Below are positions 28,610-37,755 of a stretch of DNA of 62,573 nucleotides, one piece after another. A program made the position numbers and the translations under genes. The stretch is from Cyanosarcina radialis HA8281-LM2 (GTDB lineage: Bacteria; Cyanobacteriota; Cyanobacteriia; Cyanobacteriales; CCAP-1448). Every line of letters begins with the position of its first letter. Positions within the stretch are counted from its first letter, which is position 1. Location of the stretch: positions 1 to 62,573 of the forward strand of contig JAHHHA010000035.1 of the NCBI GenBank assembly GCA_019359615.1, given 5' to 3'. The notes under the pieces were generated by a model. The model had not been told where the DNA came from and ran no database searches. It was given only the letters and a program-made list of their open reading frames with translations.

Positions 28610-28765
28610 GCGGTTGAAACCGCTGCTATACAAACAAAGTCCGCCTGCGCGGACTTCAAGGCCACGATCGACGTAGGTTGGGTTGAGCGATAGCGAAACC
28701 CAACATTCCAAGAGTGTTGGGTTTCACTCCGTTCAACCCAACCTACAACCTTCTTAAACTCCTAT
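28610..28765. repeat. Compound hairpin repeat between hppD and hmgA (gcggttgaaaccgc; gtccgcctgcgcggac; gaaacccaacattccaagagtgttgggtttc; caacccaacctaca)
   Basis: Related copies of the gttgggtttc…caacccaacctaca module lie at 51598-51645 and 52069-52108. Confidence 0.6.
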
Positions 28766-29921
28766 GACTTATTACTACAAGTTGGGCAAGATTCCCCACA
28801 AAAGGCACACTCAATTTCGTCAACCTGACGGCTCTTTGTATCACGAAGAGTTGATGGGAATTCATGGGTTTTCGGGAGTTCAATCGCTGCTGTATCATTT
28901 GCATCCCCCGACTCAGGTGGAGAAAATTTGGTTGCATGGCAAAGTCGATCTTCCCTATGCGGAAGATGGATTGCTGCATCCCCGTCACTTCCGCACGGCG
29001 AAGGTAGAAACTCAAGGTGATGCGATCGCTTCCCGTATTCCTTTGATGGCTAACTCAGATCTCAGTATTGCGATCGCTCGTCCCACTGCCCCGATGTTTT
29101 ACTGGTATCGGTTTGCCCATGGCGACGAAGTTATTTTTATCCACGAAGGTAGTGGAGTTTTAGAAAGTCAGTACGGCATTCTGCGCTATCGAGTGGGGGA
29201 TTATTTAGTCATTCCTACGGGCATAATGTGGCGGATTCTGCCAGATGAAGGAGTCGAACAGCGGATGTTGGTAGTGGAAGCTAACGGGCATATCGAACCG
29301 CCAGAACGCTATCTCAATCGCTACGGGCAGTTTTTGGAACATTCCCCTTACAGCGAACGGGATATTCGCCCGCCAGATGAGTTAGTTACCCATGACGAAG
29401 TGGGAGAGTTTGAAGTCCGGGTGAAAGCGCGAAACAGGATCACCAGCTACCTCTATCGCCACCATCCCCTAGATGTAATCGGCTGGGACGGGCATCTTTG
29501 GCCGTTTGCCTTCAATATCGAGGATTTTGAAGCGATTACCGGGCGAATTCACCAACCACCGCCAGTCCATCAGACTTTTAACGGCCCTGGCTTCGTGATT
29601 TGCTCTTTTGTACCTCGAATGTTCGATTATCATCCCTTGTCGATTCCAGCCCCTTATAACCACTCCAACGTCGATTCGGATGAGGTGATTTACTACGTCG
29701 AAGGTCGCTTTATGTCGCGCAAAGGGATCGATCGCGCTTCGATTACCGTCCATCCTAACGGCCTGCCTCACGGCCCCCATCCTGGAATGTACGAAGGTTC
29801 GATCGGCAAGGAAAAAACTGACGAACTTGCGGTCATGATTGACACTTTTCGTCCTCTGAAGCTCACTAAACACGCTGTGGATTTCGAGGACAAAGATTAC
29901 CCCTATAGTTGGCTTTCTTGA
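28764..29921 (+). CDS. hmgA: Homogentisate 1,2-dioxygenase
   Basis: 385 aa with a cupin-type HGO-like sequence (MTYYYKLGKIPHKRHTQF…ELMGIHGFSG…). Its location immediately downstream of HPPD supports a tyrosine-catabolism operon. Confidence 0.7.
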   Translation: MTYYYKLGKIPHKRHTQFRQPDGSLYHEELMGIHGFSGVQSLLYHLHPPTQVEKIWLHGKVDLPYAEDGLLHPRHFRTAKVETQGDAIASRIPLMANSDLSIAIARPTAPMFYWYRFAHGDEVIFIHEGSGVLESQYGILRYRVGDYLVIPTGIMWRILPDEGVEQRMLVVEANGHIEPPERYLNRYGQFLEHSPYSERDIRPPDELVTHDEVGEFEVRVKARNRITSYLYRHHPLDVIGWDGHLWPFAFNIEDFEAITGRIHQPPPVHQTFNGPGFVICSFVPRMFDYHPLSIPAPYNHSNVDSDEVIYYVEGRFMSRKGIDRASITVHPNGLPHGPHPGMYEGSIGKEKTDELAVMIDTFRPLKLTKHAVDFEDKDYPYSWLS

Positions 29922-30131
29922 ATAAAAACCACAGATAAACACAGATGTAGACGCGATAGCGGCTTCCCGCAGGGTACACAGATGATTTCGATCGATTATT
30001 GGTTGTGTAGGAGGTCTATGAACTCCCTTCTTGTGGGATAGCCCTCTGGGCTGTCCATTTGGGGCAGGCAGGATGCCTACCCCACAAGAGCAGATAGATA
30101 AACCGAAATGATATTAAACATGGAGTAGTTT

Positions 30132-31070
30132 ATGACTCAAGTTCTCAAATCAAATCCTAACAGTTTGACGATTTCTTCGCGAATTGAGGAACGGTGGCAG
30201 CGGGGCGAATTAACTAGCGCCCAAGTCGATGAGTTTCAAGACTTTTTGGCTGAGGTCGATCGCCAGTTTTTGCAGCACCGGATTATTACTAATAATGCCT
30301 ACACTCGTTGGTTTAAAGAAGGCAAAGCTACCGATGAAGAACTGAAGCATTTTATCAAGCAATTTTCGGTGTTTTCTAACCAGTTTTTAATTGCTGCTCT
30401 GTTGAAAACTATCAACTCGCCTACGCTGAAACAGTCCCGCGCCAGTCGAGAGATTTTGTTGAACGAATTGGGCGTAATCTACCGTCAAGCCAATGGATCG
30501 AGTAGCAATGGTTCCACTCAAACCGAAGAAGAAAAAGATCGATCGGGCGATCCAGAATTAGTCAGCACCGAAGGCACTGTCGATGGTGGAATTTGTCGGT
30601 TTCGAGCGGCTCATTTTGAATGGTTAATTGGCGTAGCCGAAGGCTTGGGACTGCATTACGAAGATATCGGCAAACGCCAGCACGGAAGCCCGACCACATT
30701 ACATTTTTGCGACGAGTTGCAGCGGCTTTACGGCAGTGACGATCCGGCGATCGCAGAAGGTGCTAGTTTTGCCGTGGAAAATTGGGCGGCGGCAGGTTTT
30801 TGGCAAGAGTTAGAAGATGGATTGCACGAAATTAAGCGATCGCGACACCCGCAGTTACATTTAGCCTTCTTTACCTGGCACAACCGCGTCGAAGCCCAAC
30901 ACGCGGGACACACGTTAGAAGAATTGGAGGAGGTTTACTTTCACCCCGATTTCGATCGCGCTAAATTCTTCCAAGGAGGACGAGAAATCCTCGAAGCGGT
31001 TGCCGTTTTTTGGGATGGACTCAATCGCGATCGAGATATAGGCGCTAACGGGCAGGACGTTCAAAGCTGA
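30132..31070 (+). CDS. Haem-oxygenase-like fold / iron-containing redox enzyme family protein (TenA/PqqC-like), hypothetical
   Basis: 312 aa, all-helical, with His/Glu-containing helices (…FRAAHFEWLIGVAEGLGLHYEDI…FAVENWAAAGFWQELEDGLHEIKR…HLAFFTWHNRVEAQHAGHTLEE…). Confidence 0.4.
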   Translation: MTQVLKSNPNSLTISSRIEERWQRGELTSAQVDEFQDFLAEVDRQFLQHRIITNNAYTRWFKEGKATDEELKHFIKQFSVFSNQFLIAALLKTINSPTLKQSRASREILLNELGVIYRQANGSSSNGSTQTEEEKDRSGDPELVSTEGTVDGGICRFRAAHFEWLIGVAEGLGLHYEDIGKRQHGSPTTLHFCDELQRLYGSDDPAIAEGASFAVENWAAAGFWQELEDGLHEIKRSRHPQLHLAFFTWHNRVEAQHAGHTLEELEEVYFHPDFDRAKFFQGGREILEAVAVFWDGLNRDRDIGANGQDVQS

Positions 31071-31369
31071 TTTTGGAATTCTTCTAGCAAATCCATCAAT
31101 TTCACCTGGCCTTGCATGGGCAACAGGTCAGCTAGGGGAACTTCCTTTTTACCGCCACCGATTTTAATCGGTATACCCTGAAGGATTTGCAGCAGTCCGT
31201 CTTCCGTCAAAGATTTATCTTCTAATAAAGGGTAGAGTTTCTCTGCCAAGATGGTGTGCAGGTGAGCGTCCTTGAGATAAAGATGCCATTTAGCCACATC
31301 GATGTAGATATTTTCGCCAATTTCAGCGGCTAGTTCTTCAATGATTTGACTGGTATTTCGGTTAGCCAT
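31061..31369 (-). CDS. Conserved cyanobacterial hypothetical protein (102 aa)
   Basis: Clean ORF ending just before the microsatellite/REP intergenic region. No recognisable motif. Confidence 0.45.
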   Translation of the reverse strand: MANRNTSQIIEELAAEIGENIYIDVAKWHLYLKDAHLHTILAEKLYPLLEDKSLTEDGLLQILQGIPIKIGGGKKEVPLADLLPMQGQVKLMDLLEEFQNQL

Positions 31370-31461
31370 GGGAGCCTCAACGAAGTCAGGAGTCAGAAGT
31401 CAGAAGTCAGAAGTAGGTGGTTGAAACCAAGATTTATGCACCCCTTCAACCACAATTCGCC

Positions 31462-31731
31462 TCAAGACGGGGGCTTTAAATCCCCTGATTTTTGGTAAGA
31501 ATAATTTGCCAGGGCAAAAACGTACGCGGCATGAGCCAATAAAATTACTGCCCATCCTCCTGTGACCCAAATAGCCCAAGGCCATGTAGCATTCTGAAAG
31601 TTGTGAAAAAACCACAAGCCCGAATTACAGCAAGCAAAAGCGGCTACATGGGTAGCAAAGTTCATTCGATCGTCCAAACGACGGTAATCAGGATCGGAGC
31701 GATCGGGTTTTCGAGGCCAGCGAGGAGGCAT
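31462..31731 (-). CDS. Small 2-TM membrane protein (89 aa)
   Basis: It has two hydrophobic helices (…HVAAFACCNSGLWFF…WAIWVTGGWAVILLAHAAYVFALA…) with aromatic flanks. Confidence 0.35.
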   Translation of the reverse strand: MPPRWPRKPDRSDPDYRRLDDRMNFATHVAAFACCNSGLWFFHNFQNATWPWAIWVTGGWAVILLAHAAYVFALANYSYQKSGDLKPPS

Positions 31732-31765
31732 AAGCAGGACAAATTAGAAGTTCAGAAGTTCAGGA

Positions 31766-31794
31766 GGTAGAGACGTTGCAGGCAACGTCTTTAC
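31766..31794. repeat. REP-like palindrome (ggtagagacgttgcaggcaacgtctttac) flanked by AGAAGT(T)C hexamer microsatellites
   Basis: Directly visible. The hexamer runs lie at 31383-31414, 31746-31765 and 31837-31860. Confidence 0.7.
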
Positions 31795-31921
31795 AGGAGT
31801 TCAAGAGTAGGGGCGCAAAGCATTGCGCCCGCATTTGAAGTTCAGAATTCAGAAGTCAAAAAAATCAAAGGCTCGAATGTACGAGGTTTTAACTCAATTC
31901 TAGCTAAGGTCAGGAAATAAG

Positions 31922-33040
31922 TTAGGCATTGTGACGTTCTAATGCCAACTGCAACAGTCGATCGACTAATTCAGGAAAAGCAATCCCAGTCGCCGCCCAT
32001 AGTTGGGGATACATACTGGTGGCGGTAAATCCGGGTAAGGTATTGATTTCGTTAATTAAAACTTCGCCCGTCGATTCAACGTAGAAGAAATCTACTCGCG
32101 CTAAACCAGCAGCATCAACCGCAGCGAAGGCTTGCAGCGCCATATCTTGAATTTTACTCGCGATCGCCTCTGGTACTTGGGCGGGAATGAATAAATCGGC
32201 TTGGCCTTCGGTGTATTTCGTTTCGTAGTCGTAGAAGTCGCTTTTAAAGGTGATTTCGCCCACCACTGAGGCTTGAGGACTATCGTTGCCTAAAATGGCA
32301 CATTCTAATTCTCGCGCCACTACGCCCGCTTCGACAATTAGGCGGCGATCGTAACTGGCGGCGCTATCGAGTCCGGCTTCTAATTCTGCCCGCGATCGCA
32401 CTTTAACAATCCCCACCGACGAACCTAAATTAGCGGGCTTGACAAAACAGGGATACCCTAAATTGGCTTCAATTTCGTCGCACAATTTGGGAAAAACGCA
32501 AGGATTCGACCAAACTTGAGAACGATTGACGGGGATGTATTTGACTTGGGGCAAACCTGCTTGGGCAAAAGCCATCTTCATGGCAATCTTATCCATGCCC
32601 ATCGCCGAACCCAAGACCCCAGAACCGACAAATGGCACTTGCATCAATTTCAGCAGTCCTTGCACCGTGCCATCTTCGCCGTTAGGTCCGTGCAAGATGG
32701 GAAACCATACATCCACATCGGCGGCTTGGGGTGGAGATTCCCAGCGGCTCAGAGATGGAGACTGAGAGGTTGCCAGTTGACCAGAATCTGAGGTAGCTAG
32801 CGGTTGAGGATCGGTGGCAGAAATTGCTGCTTGGGGTGGCTTGCCAGACTCTAGTACCTGTTGTGGAATGTTACCAGCTTGCCAGCGTCCATCTTTATGG
32901 ATGTAGAAAGGTAGAAGTTCGTACTTGCTGCCGTTGCCGTTGGCACTCAGGGCGCGAGCGATCGCCCTGGCCGAACTTATCGAAACTTCATGCTCTCCCG
33001 AACAACCACCAAATAGCAGCCCTACTCTTAATTTCGTCAT
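31922..33040 (-). CDS. ddl: D-alanine--D-alanine ligase
   Basis: The motifs are …[24 protein letters not shown]… plus the ATP-grasp C-terminus (…[25 protein letters not shown]…). The likely start is MTKLRVGL at 33040, with an RBS gaggcaggaaacATG; the ORF extends to 33082. It has an unusual ~40-aa Ser/Gln/Pro-rich insertion (…[41 protein letters not shown]…). Confidence 0.85.
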   Translation of the reverse strand: MTKLRVGLLFGGCSGEHEVSISSARAIARALSANGNGSKYELLPFYIHKDGRWQAGNIPQQVLESGKPPQAAISATDPQPLATSDSGQLATSQSPSLSRWESPPQAADVDVWFPILHGPNGEDGTVQGLLKLMQVPFVGSGVLGSAMGMDKIAMKMAFAQAGLPQVKYIPVNRSQVWSNPCVFPKLCDEIEANLGYPCFVKPANLGSSVGIVKVRSRAELEAGLDSAASYDRRLIVEAGVVARELECAILGNDSPQASVVGEITFKSDFYDYETKYTEGQADLFIPAQVPEAIASKIQDMALQAFAAVDAAGLARVDFFYVESTGEVLINEINTLPGFTATSMYPQLWAATGIAFPELVDRLLQLALERHNA

Positions 33041-33151
33041 GTTTCCTGCCTCGATCGCTCCTCTTCGCTGATAGCGTACCACAACTCGATCGGATCTAGC
33101 TTGTCGGTATGATTTAGTAAAAGCACTTCTTTAAGTCCAAAAGTAATATAA

Positions 33152-34354
33152 ATGACCTCAGTTAATACTGGCAATCATAAAAAAGCCAGAGCCATCAAAC
33201 CTTCCAGCCGCCGCCCAGCCAAAGAACTTTGCAGCGAGTGCGGGCTGTGCGATACATATTACATCCATTACGTCAAAGAAGCTTGTGCCTTCTTAAACCA
33301 ACAGGTTGCCGAACTAGAAGCCGAAGCCCACGGCAGGAGTCGCAACTTAGATAATCCCGACGATTGGTACTTTGGGGTTCGTCAAGAGATGATGGCGGCG
33401 CGGAAAATTCAGCCGATCGAGGGGGCGCAGTGGACGGGAATTGTCAGTACGATCGCTATAGAAATGCTCGATCGCGGTTTGGTTGAGGGCGTAGTTTGCG
33501 TCCAAAACACCAAAGAAGACAGGTTTCAACCAATGCCGATTATCGCTCGAACTCCAGAAGAAGTGCTAGCGGCGCGAGTCAATAAGCCCACTCTATCGCC
33601 CAACCTTTCGGTATTAGAACAAGTCGAGCGATCGGGCATGAAGCGGCTGTTAGTTATCGGTGTCGGTTGCCAGATTCAAGCCTTGCGAACTGTAGAAAAA
33701 CAATTGGGTTTAGAAAAGCTGTACGTTTTGGGGACTCCCTGCGTCGATAACGTCACCCGTGCGGGGTTGCAAAAATTCTTAGAAACCACCAGCCGATCGC
33801 CCGATACCGTCGTCCATTACGAGTTCATGCAAGACTTTCGAGTTCACTTCAAACACGAAGATGGCTCGACTGAAACCGTGCCTTTTTTTGGCTTGAAAAC
33901 GAACCAACTTAAAGATGTGTTTGCTCCTTCCTGCATGAGTTGCTTTGACTACGTAAACTCCCTAGCCGATTTAGTCGTCGGCTACATGGGTGCGCCCTTT
34001 GGCTGGCAGTGGATCGTCGTCCGCAACGACACGGGACGAGAAATGTTGGATTTAGTGCGCGATCGCATTGAAACCCAGCCTGTAATGTCAAAAGGCGATC
34101 GCCATCAAGCCGTGCAGCAAAGCATCCCCGCTTACGACAAAGCCGTTACTTTACCGATGTGGGCGGCCAAATTGATGGGTGTAGTTATCGAAAAAATCGG
34201 TCCTAAAGGTTTAGAGTATGCCCGATTTTCGATCGACTCCCATTTCACCCGCAATTACCTCTACGTCAAGCGCCACCATCCAGAAAAGCTAGACGCTCAC
34301 GTGCCAGAATATGCCAAGCGGATTGTCGGACAGTATCAACTACCTGCTAAGTAG
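33152..34354 (+). CDS. FrhB-family (coenzyme F420 hydrogenase beta-subunit-like) Fe-S flavoprotein; candidate ferredoxin-dependent divinyl reductase BciB / HCAR-type enzyme
   Basis: 400 aa. It has an N-terminal Cys cluster (CSECGLCDTYYIHYVKEACAF) and the FrhB core (…LLVIGVGCQIQALR…LYVLGTPCVDN…). Confidence 0.6.
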   Translation: MTSVNTGNHKKARAIKPSSRRPAKELCSECGLCDTYYIHYVKEACAFLNQQVAELEAEAHGRSRNLDNPDDWYFGVRQEMMAARKIQPIEGAQWTGIVSTIAIEMLDRGLVEGVVCVQNTKEDRFQPMPIIARTPEEVLAARVNKPTLSPNLSVLEQVERSGMKRLLVIGVGCQIQALRTVEKQLGLEKLYVLGTPCVDNVTRAGLQKFLETTSRSPDTVVHYEFMQDFRVHFKHEDGSTETVPFFGLKTNQLKDVFAPSCMSCFDYVNSLADLVVGYMGAPFGWQWIVVRNDTGREMLDLVRDRIETQPVMSKGDRHQAVQQSIPAYDKAVTLPMWAAKLMGVVIEKIGPKGLEYARFSIDSHFTRNYLYVKRHHPEKLDAHVPEYAKRIVGQYQLPAK

Positions 34355-34364
34355 ACGAGCGAAA

Positions 34365-34399
34365 CAATTCGCAATTCGCAATGGGCAATTCGCAATTAA
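34365..34399. repeat. (AATTCGC)n heptamer microsatellite
   Basis: The sequence caattcgcaattcgcaatgggcaattcgcaatt is directly visible. Other runs lie at 34936-34961 and 54451-54476. Confidence 0.85.
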
Positions 34400-34989
34400 T
34401 TTTCTGAATTTGGCAAGTATTCAGAATCTAACAACTGTTCGGCGGTGTAAGGACAACTTAAGGGAAAGGTTTCTAGCGGGAGATCGGTTTCATCGGCTGT
34501 TTGAAGGCGAGCGTTATCATAGCACTCCGCCAATACCTCTTGCAGGTAAGGGACTAAGCTAGGTGAATCCTTCAAGTCATCGTTAACGCGCCGACGATGT
34601 TCCCGAATGCTGCCTCGCCAACTACCACTACGGCTATATAGTTGATATTCCCACTTGAGAAGATGAAGCAGAATTACCACCAAATTACTTTTGAGGCTTT
34701 TCCGCTCCCGTCTTGACATATCTTCAATTTCTTCGATTAAGTTTGCCCAATCGACAGCAGCGTAGTTTTGGTGGCGGAGTTGTTCGGCTGTAGTCTCAAC
34801 CCAACGCACGAAATCAACTTCATAGAGACTTTTTTGGCTGGTTTGCAATTCGGCTGCCACGATCCGGTGTCCTCTATAGAGGCTTAATGGTATATAGGAT
34901 AGCGCGGCGGTTTGGCGATCGCCAAAACAATTATCAATTCGCAATTTGCAATTCGCAATTAAATACAATAAATCGAGGAACATCAACAA
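34396..34989 (-). CDS. DUF29-family protein
   Basis: The DUF29 signature is …LYEVDFVRWVETTAEQLRHQNYAAVDWANLIEEIEDMSRRERKSLKSNLVVILLHLLKWEYQ… The 5' end runs into the AATTCGC repeat, so the true start is uncertain. Confidence 0.6.
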   Translation of the reverse strand: MLMFLDLLYLIANCKLRIDNCFGDRQTAALSYIPLSLYRGHRIVAAELQTSQKSLYEVDFVRWVETTAEQLRHQNYAAVDWANLIEEIEDMSRRERKSLKSNLVVILLHLLKWEYQLYSRSGSWRGSIREHRRRVNDDLKDSPSLVPYLQEVLAECYDNARLQTADETDLPLETFPLSCPYTAEQLLDSEYLPNSEN

Positions 34990-35193
34990 CAGCTTTTACA
35001 AGCTAAGGAAATACTCGAAAACGAAAAATGAGGAGTACATTGTAGATCGATTGCGAGATCCCTACAGTTGTCGAGATGGGAAGGAACTGGTATTTTTATA
35101 TTTTGCCGATCGCACCCTTGCGCCCTTTGAAACCCAGAGCGATCGCTGAGGACTTGCTACAATGCAGACAGCAGCTTTTCAAAGAGTCTAGCC

Positions 35194-35457
35194 ATGCAAG
35201 AAATTGAAGTGATGGGGTCGATCGACGATCGAGGACAACTATTGCTGCTACAACCCCTTAACCTGGGTCAGCACGCCAAGGTGCGCGTGCGGATTACTCT
35301 TCTGGATGAAGACATCGAGCCAGATGTAGGATCGACGTTCGATCCAGAGACAGATGACAAAGCCAAAATTCTGGCAGACCTGAAAGAATCTTTGCGTCAG
35401 GCAGAAGCCGGACAAACCTACCCGCTTTCTGAACTATGGAATGGGATTGATGTCTGA
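35194..35457 (+). CDS. Hypothetical small acidic protein (87 aa)
   Basis: Clean ORF directly upstream of the 279-aa ORF, separated by a 12-bp gap. Confidence 0.35.
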   Translation: MQEIEVMGSIDDRGQLLLLQPLNLGQHAKVRVRITLLDEDIEPDVGSTFDPETDDKAKILADLKESLRQAEAGQTYPLSELWNGIDV

Positions 35458-35469
35458 CGGTTAGCCGAG

Positions 35470-36309
35470 ATGGAAACTATAGAAAGCCGGATCTTGCAAT
35501 ACCTCGATCGCCTACAAGATATCGATTATTTGGCTGCAATTGTCAACTCAGTATCTTTGGCAGAATTAAACAATATTATCGACGAGCTTTTGCGATCGGA
35601 GAATGACGAAATAGTCAGTTTAACTTGTCTCTTCATTCGAGATTTAGTGCTGCTTGGCTCTCGACATAGCGATTGCGATCGGTTTGTGCAAAGTTACTCA
35701 AAGTCTTCGATAGTCAAAACTCTCGAACAGCTTATTTTTTCTAACAATTATTTTATTCGCATCCAAGCAGTTTATACATTGGGGAAGACTAACACCTATA
35801 GCAGCGTTTCAGTGTTGAATCAAGCGTTTAACGAATTGCGGGATAGTAACCCAATTCTATTACCGAGGCTAATGGGTGAGATGGGTTGGCTCGGAACTGA
35901 GAATTTTTGGGAACTGCTTGACTCGATGATAAACAGTAATTTTTACATGACTCGATGGGCAGTTATCGACGCACTATCAGAGTTTATTGGCGATGATGCA
36001 CGGGCGCAAGACGAGTTATTTCAAGATAAATTTAGGTGTATCGATCGATTACGACGAGACTCAAATATGCTCGTTCAGATAGAGGCAGAGTATGAGTATC
36101 AATTGCTAAAGTTTCGTAGAGAAGCAGACAATCTAACCAAAGCAGAGCGCCGAAAGAAACGAAAAGAGATAGAACGAAAATATAAACCAGCACTTTGCTT
36201 TTCTCAGGTATCGATCGCATTCAGAAATCACTTATACAACAACGGACTCAAGCAATATTCTGTGGATGAACTTGAAGCCTTTGCTGCAAAGATGGCTCAA
36301 CTGTGTTAG
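35470..36309 (+). CDS. Hypothetical alpha-helical (HEAT/ARM-like) protein, 279 aa
   Basis: Helical repeat-like composition with no catalytic motif recognised. Confidence 0.4.
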   Translation: METIESRILQYLDRLQDIDYLAAIVNSVSLAELNNIIDELLRSENDEIVSLTCLFIRDLVLLGSRHSDCDRFVQSYSKSSIVKTLEQLIFSNNYFIRIQAVYTLGKTNTYSSVSVLNQAFNELRDSNPILLPRLMGEMGWLGTENFWELLDSMINSNFYMTRWAVIDALSEFIGDDARAQDELFQDKFRCIDRLRRDSNMLVQIEAEYEYQLLKFRREADNLTKAERRKKRKEIERKYKPALCFSQVSIAFRNHLYNNGLKQYSVDELEAFAAKMAQLC

Positions 36310-36355
36310 CTTGCCTACTCACATTTTTCTCAACTGCTTTCAAGAACTAGACATT

Positions 36356-36730
36356 CTATGTCAAGCGACGCGAGCCTTTGCCTCGATTGCAATCAAAACA
36401 TAGCGACTGCAAGTTATTGAGACAATTTTTTCCACCTTTGTAAAAGGGAATAATATGGTCAACTTCTAGCTGAATTTGTTGAGAACTACGACCGCAGAAA
36501 ACACATTTATAACCATCTCTATGTAAAACTGATACGCGAGTTGACGGCGAAATATAGCGCGATCGCTTCTCTTTTTGCTGTTTGGTTTGAGATAGAGATT
36601 TGGTAGCAACAGACTTTCTAGTCTTTGGCTTTTTTGGTCGATCGGGTTTTTGACTGTTATGCCGCTCGATCAGATCCCGAATCACGCCTCGCACTAGTTT
36701 TTGTAGAGGATTAGGAGGCTTTCTTGTCAT
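36356..36730 (-). CDS. HNH endonuclease
   Basis: The HNH motif is …HRDGYKCVFCGRSSQQIQLEVDHIIPFYKGGKNCLNNLQSLCFDCNRGKG, preceded by a basic N-terminal region. Confidence 0.75.
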   Translation of the reverse strand: MTRKPPNPLQKLVRGVIRDLIERHNSQKPDRPKKPKTRKSVATKSLSQTKQQKEKRSRYISPSTRVSVLHRDGYKCVFCGRSSQQIQLEVDHIIPFYKGGKNCLNNLQSLCFDCNRGKGSRRLT

Positions 36731-37143
36731 TATTTGCCAAAAAGCTTACTCAAGCCGTAAGCTGCCAATCCAACAACTGCACCAGCAACTGCAACAGGAG
36801 CCATACCAATAGCAACCGCAGTTCCTCCTACTGCTAAACCCATACCACCAACTACGGCTGAAACACCTGCACCTGCTGCTGCTCCACCTGCCATTGCACC
36901 TAAAGCTGTAGCATCTCCTTCTTCTATTGCCTTCTTAGCACCATAAATGGCTGAACCAGCAACAGCCCCAGCGACAGCAACAGGAGCCGCGCCGATCGCT
37001 ACTCCTCCAAAGCTGCCAACTAATCCCATACCGCCGACTGTTGCTGCAACTCCAGTCCCAGCAGCGGTTCCGCCTACAACTAGGGATGTACCTTCTACTT
37101 TATCCTTAAATTCTTCATTGTCTTGTGCCATATTTTTATTCAT
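36730..37143 (-). CDS. Gly/Ala-rich glycine-zipper membrane protein with an internal duplication, translationally coupled to the HNH gene
   Basis: 137 aa with two similar halves (…GTAAGTGVAATVGGMGLVGSFGGVAIGAAPVAVAGAVAGSAIYGAKK… and …GAAAGAGVSAVVGGMGLAVGGTAVAIGMAPVAVAGAVVGLAAYGLSK…). Its stop TAA shares the A with the HNH ATG (TAATG). Confidence 0.45.
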   Translation of the reverse strand: MNKNMAQDNEEFKDKVEGTSLVVGGTAAGTGVAATVGGMGLVGSFGGVAIGAAPVAVAGAVAGSAIYGAKKAIEEGDATALGAMAGGAAAGAGVSAVVGGMGLAVGGTAVAIGMAPVAVAGAVVGLAAYGLSKLFGK

Positions 37144-37371
37144 TAAGATGGTTCACCTTACCTAATTATTCCCAAAGCTTGGCGGCGATCGCCAGTCGAA
37201 AATTATAAAAGAGGTTGATAAATGATAAAAGCGCTCGCTAATCGCTAAAACTATAACTGCTCTGACAAACGCTTAACAAACTCTTTTGGGCAATCTTCAG
37301 TTCGATCTGCCGCCAGCACTATCTATGGTTTTAAGCGAGATAAAATGAGGAGGATACAACCATAGCCTAGT

Positions 37372-37683
37372 TTGACGATGACACCAAAAGAAGAACTGAT
37401 TCAAGCCATTGAGCGATCGTCAGACGAAACTGTAGATGCGCTCTTAAAAGTGCTAAAAACATTACAACTGCAGCGATCGCCTGAATTCATGCCTTCAAAT
37501 CAATGTCAAGTAGAGGGAGTGTCTAAAAGACTGTACCACAAGCAAGGTATTTTAGTTATTGAAACTGGTAGCTTGAAGGATTTTGACATCAATAAATTTA
37601 TTGGCGATCTCAGAGAGGAGCGCATTCAAGACCAGATCGAACAAGAGATTTCATCCGATTGGGAAACGATGTTGCAGTCTTAG
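37372..37683 (+). CDS. Hypothetical protein (103 aa)
   Basis: Clean ORF with no motif recognised. Confidence 0.35.
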   Translation: MTMTPKEELIQAIERSSDETVDALLKVLKTLQLQRSPEFMPSNQCQVEGVSKRLYHKQGILVIETGSLKDFDINKFIGDLREERIQDQIEQEISSDWETMLQS

Positions 37684-37755
37684 TTCAGATACCTGAATAA
37701 AACTATCCTCGTGCCATCATAGAGACATCCTGCGCCGCTCGATCGAGGAATAGCT

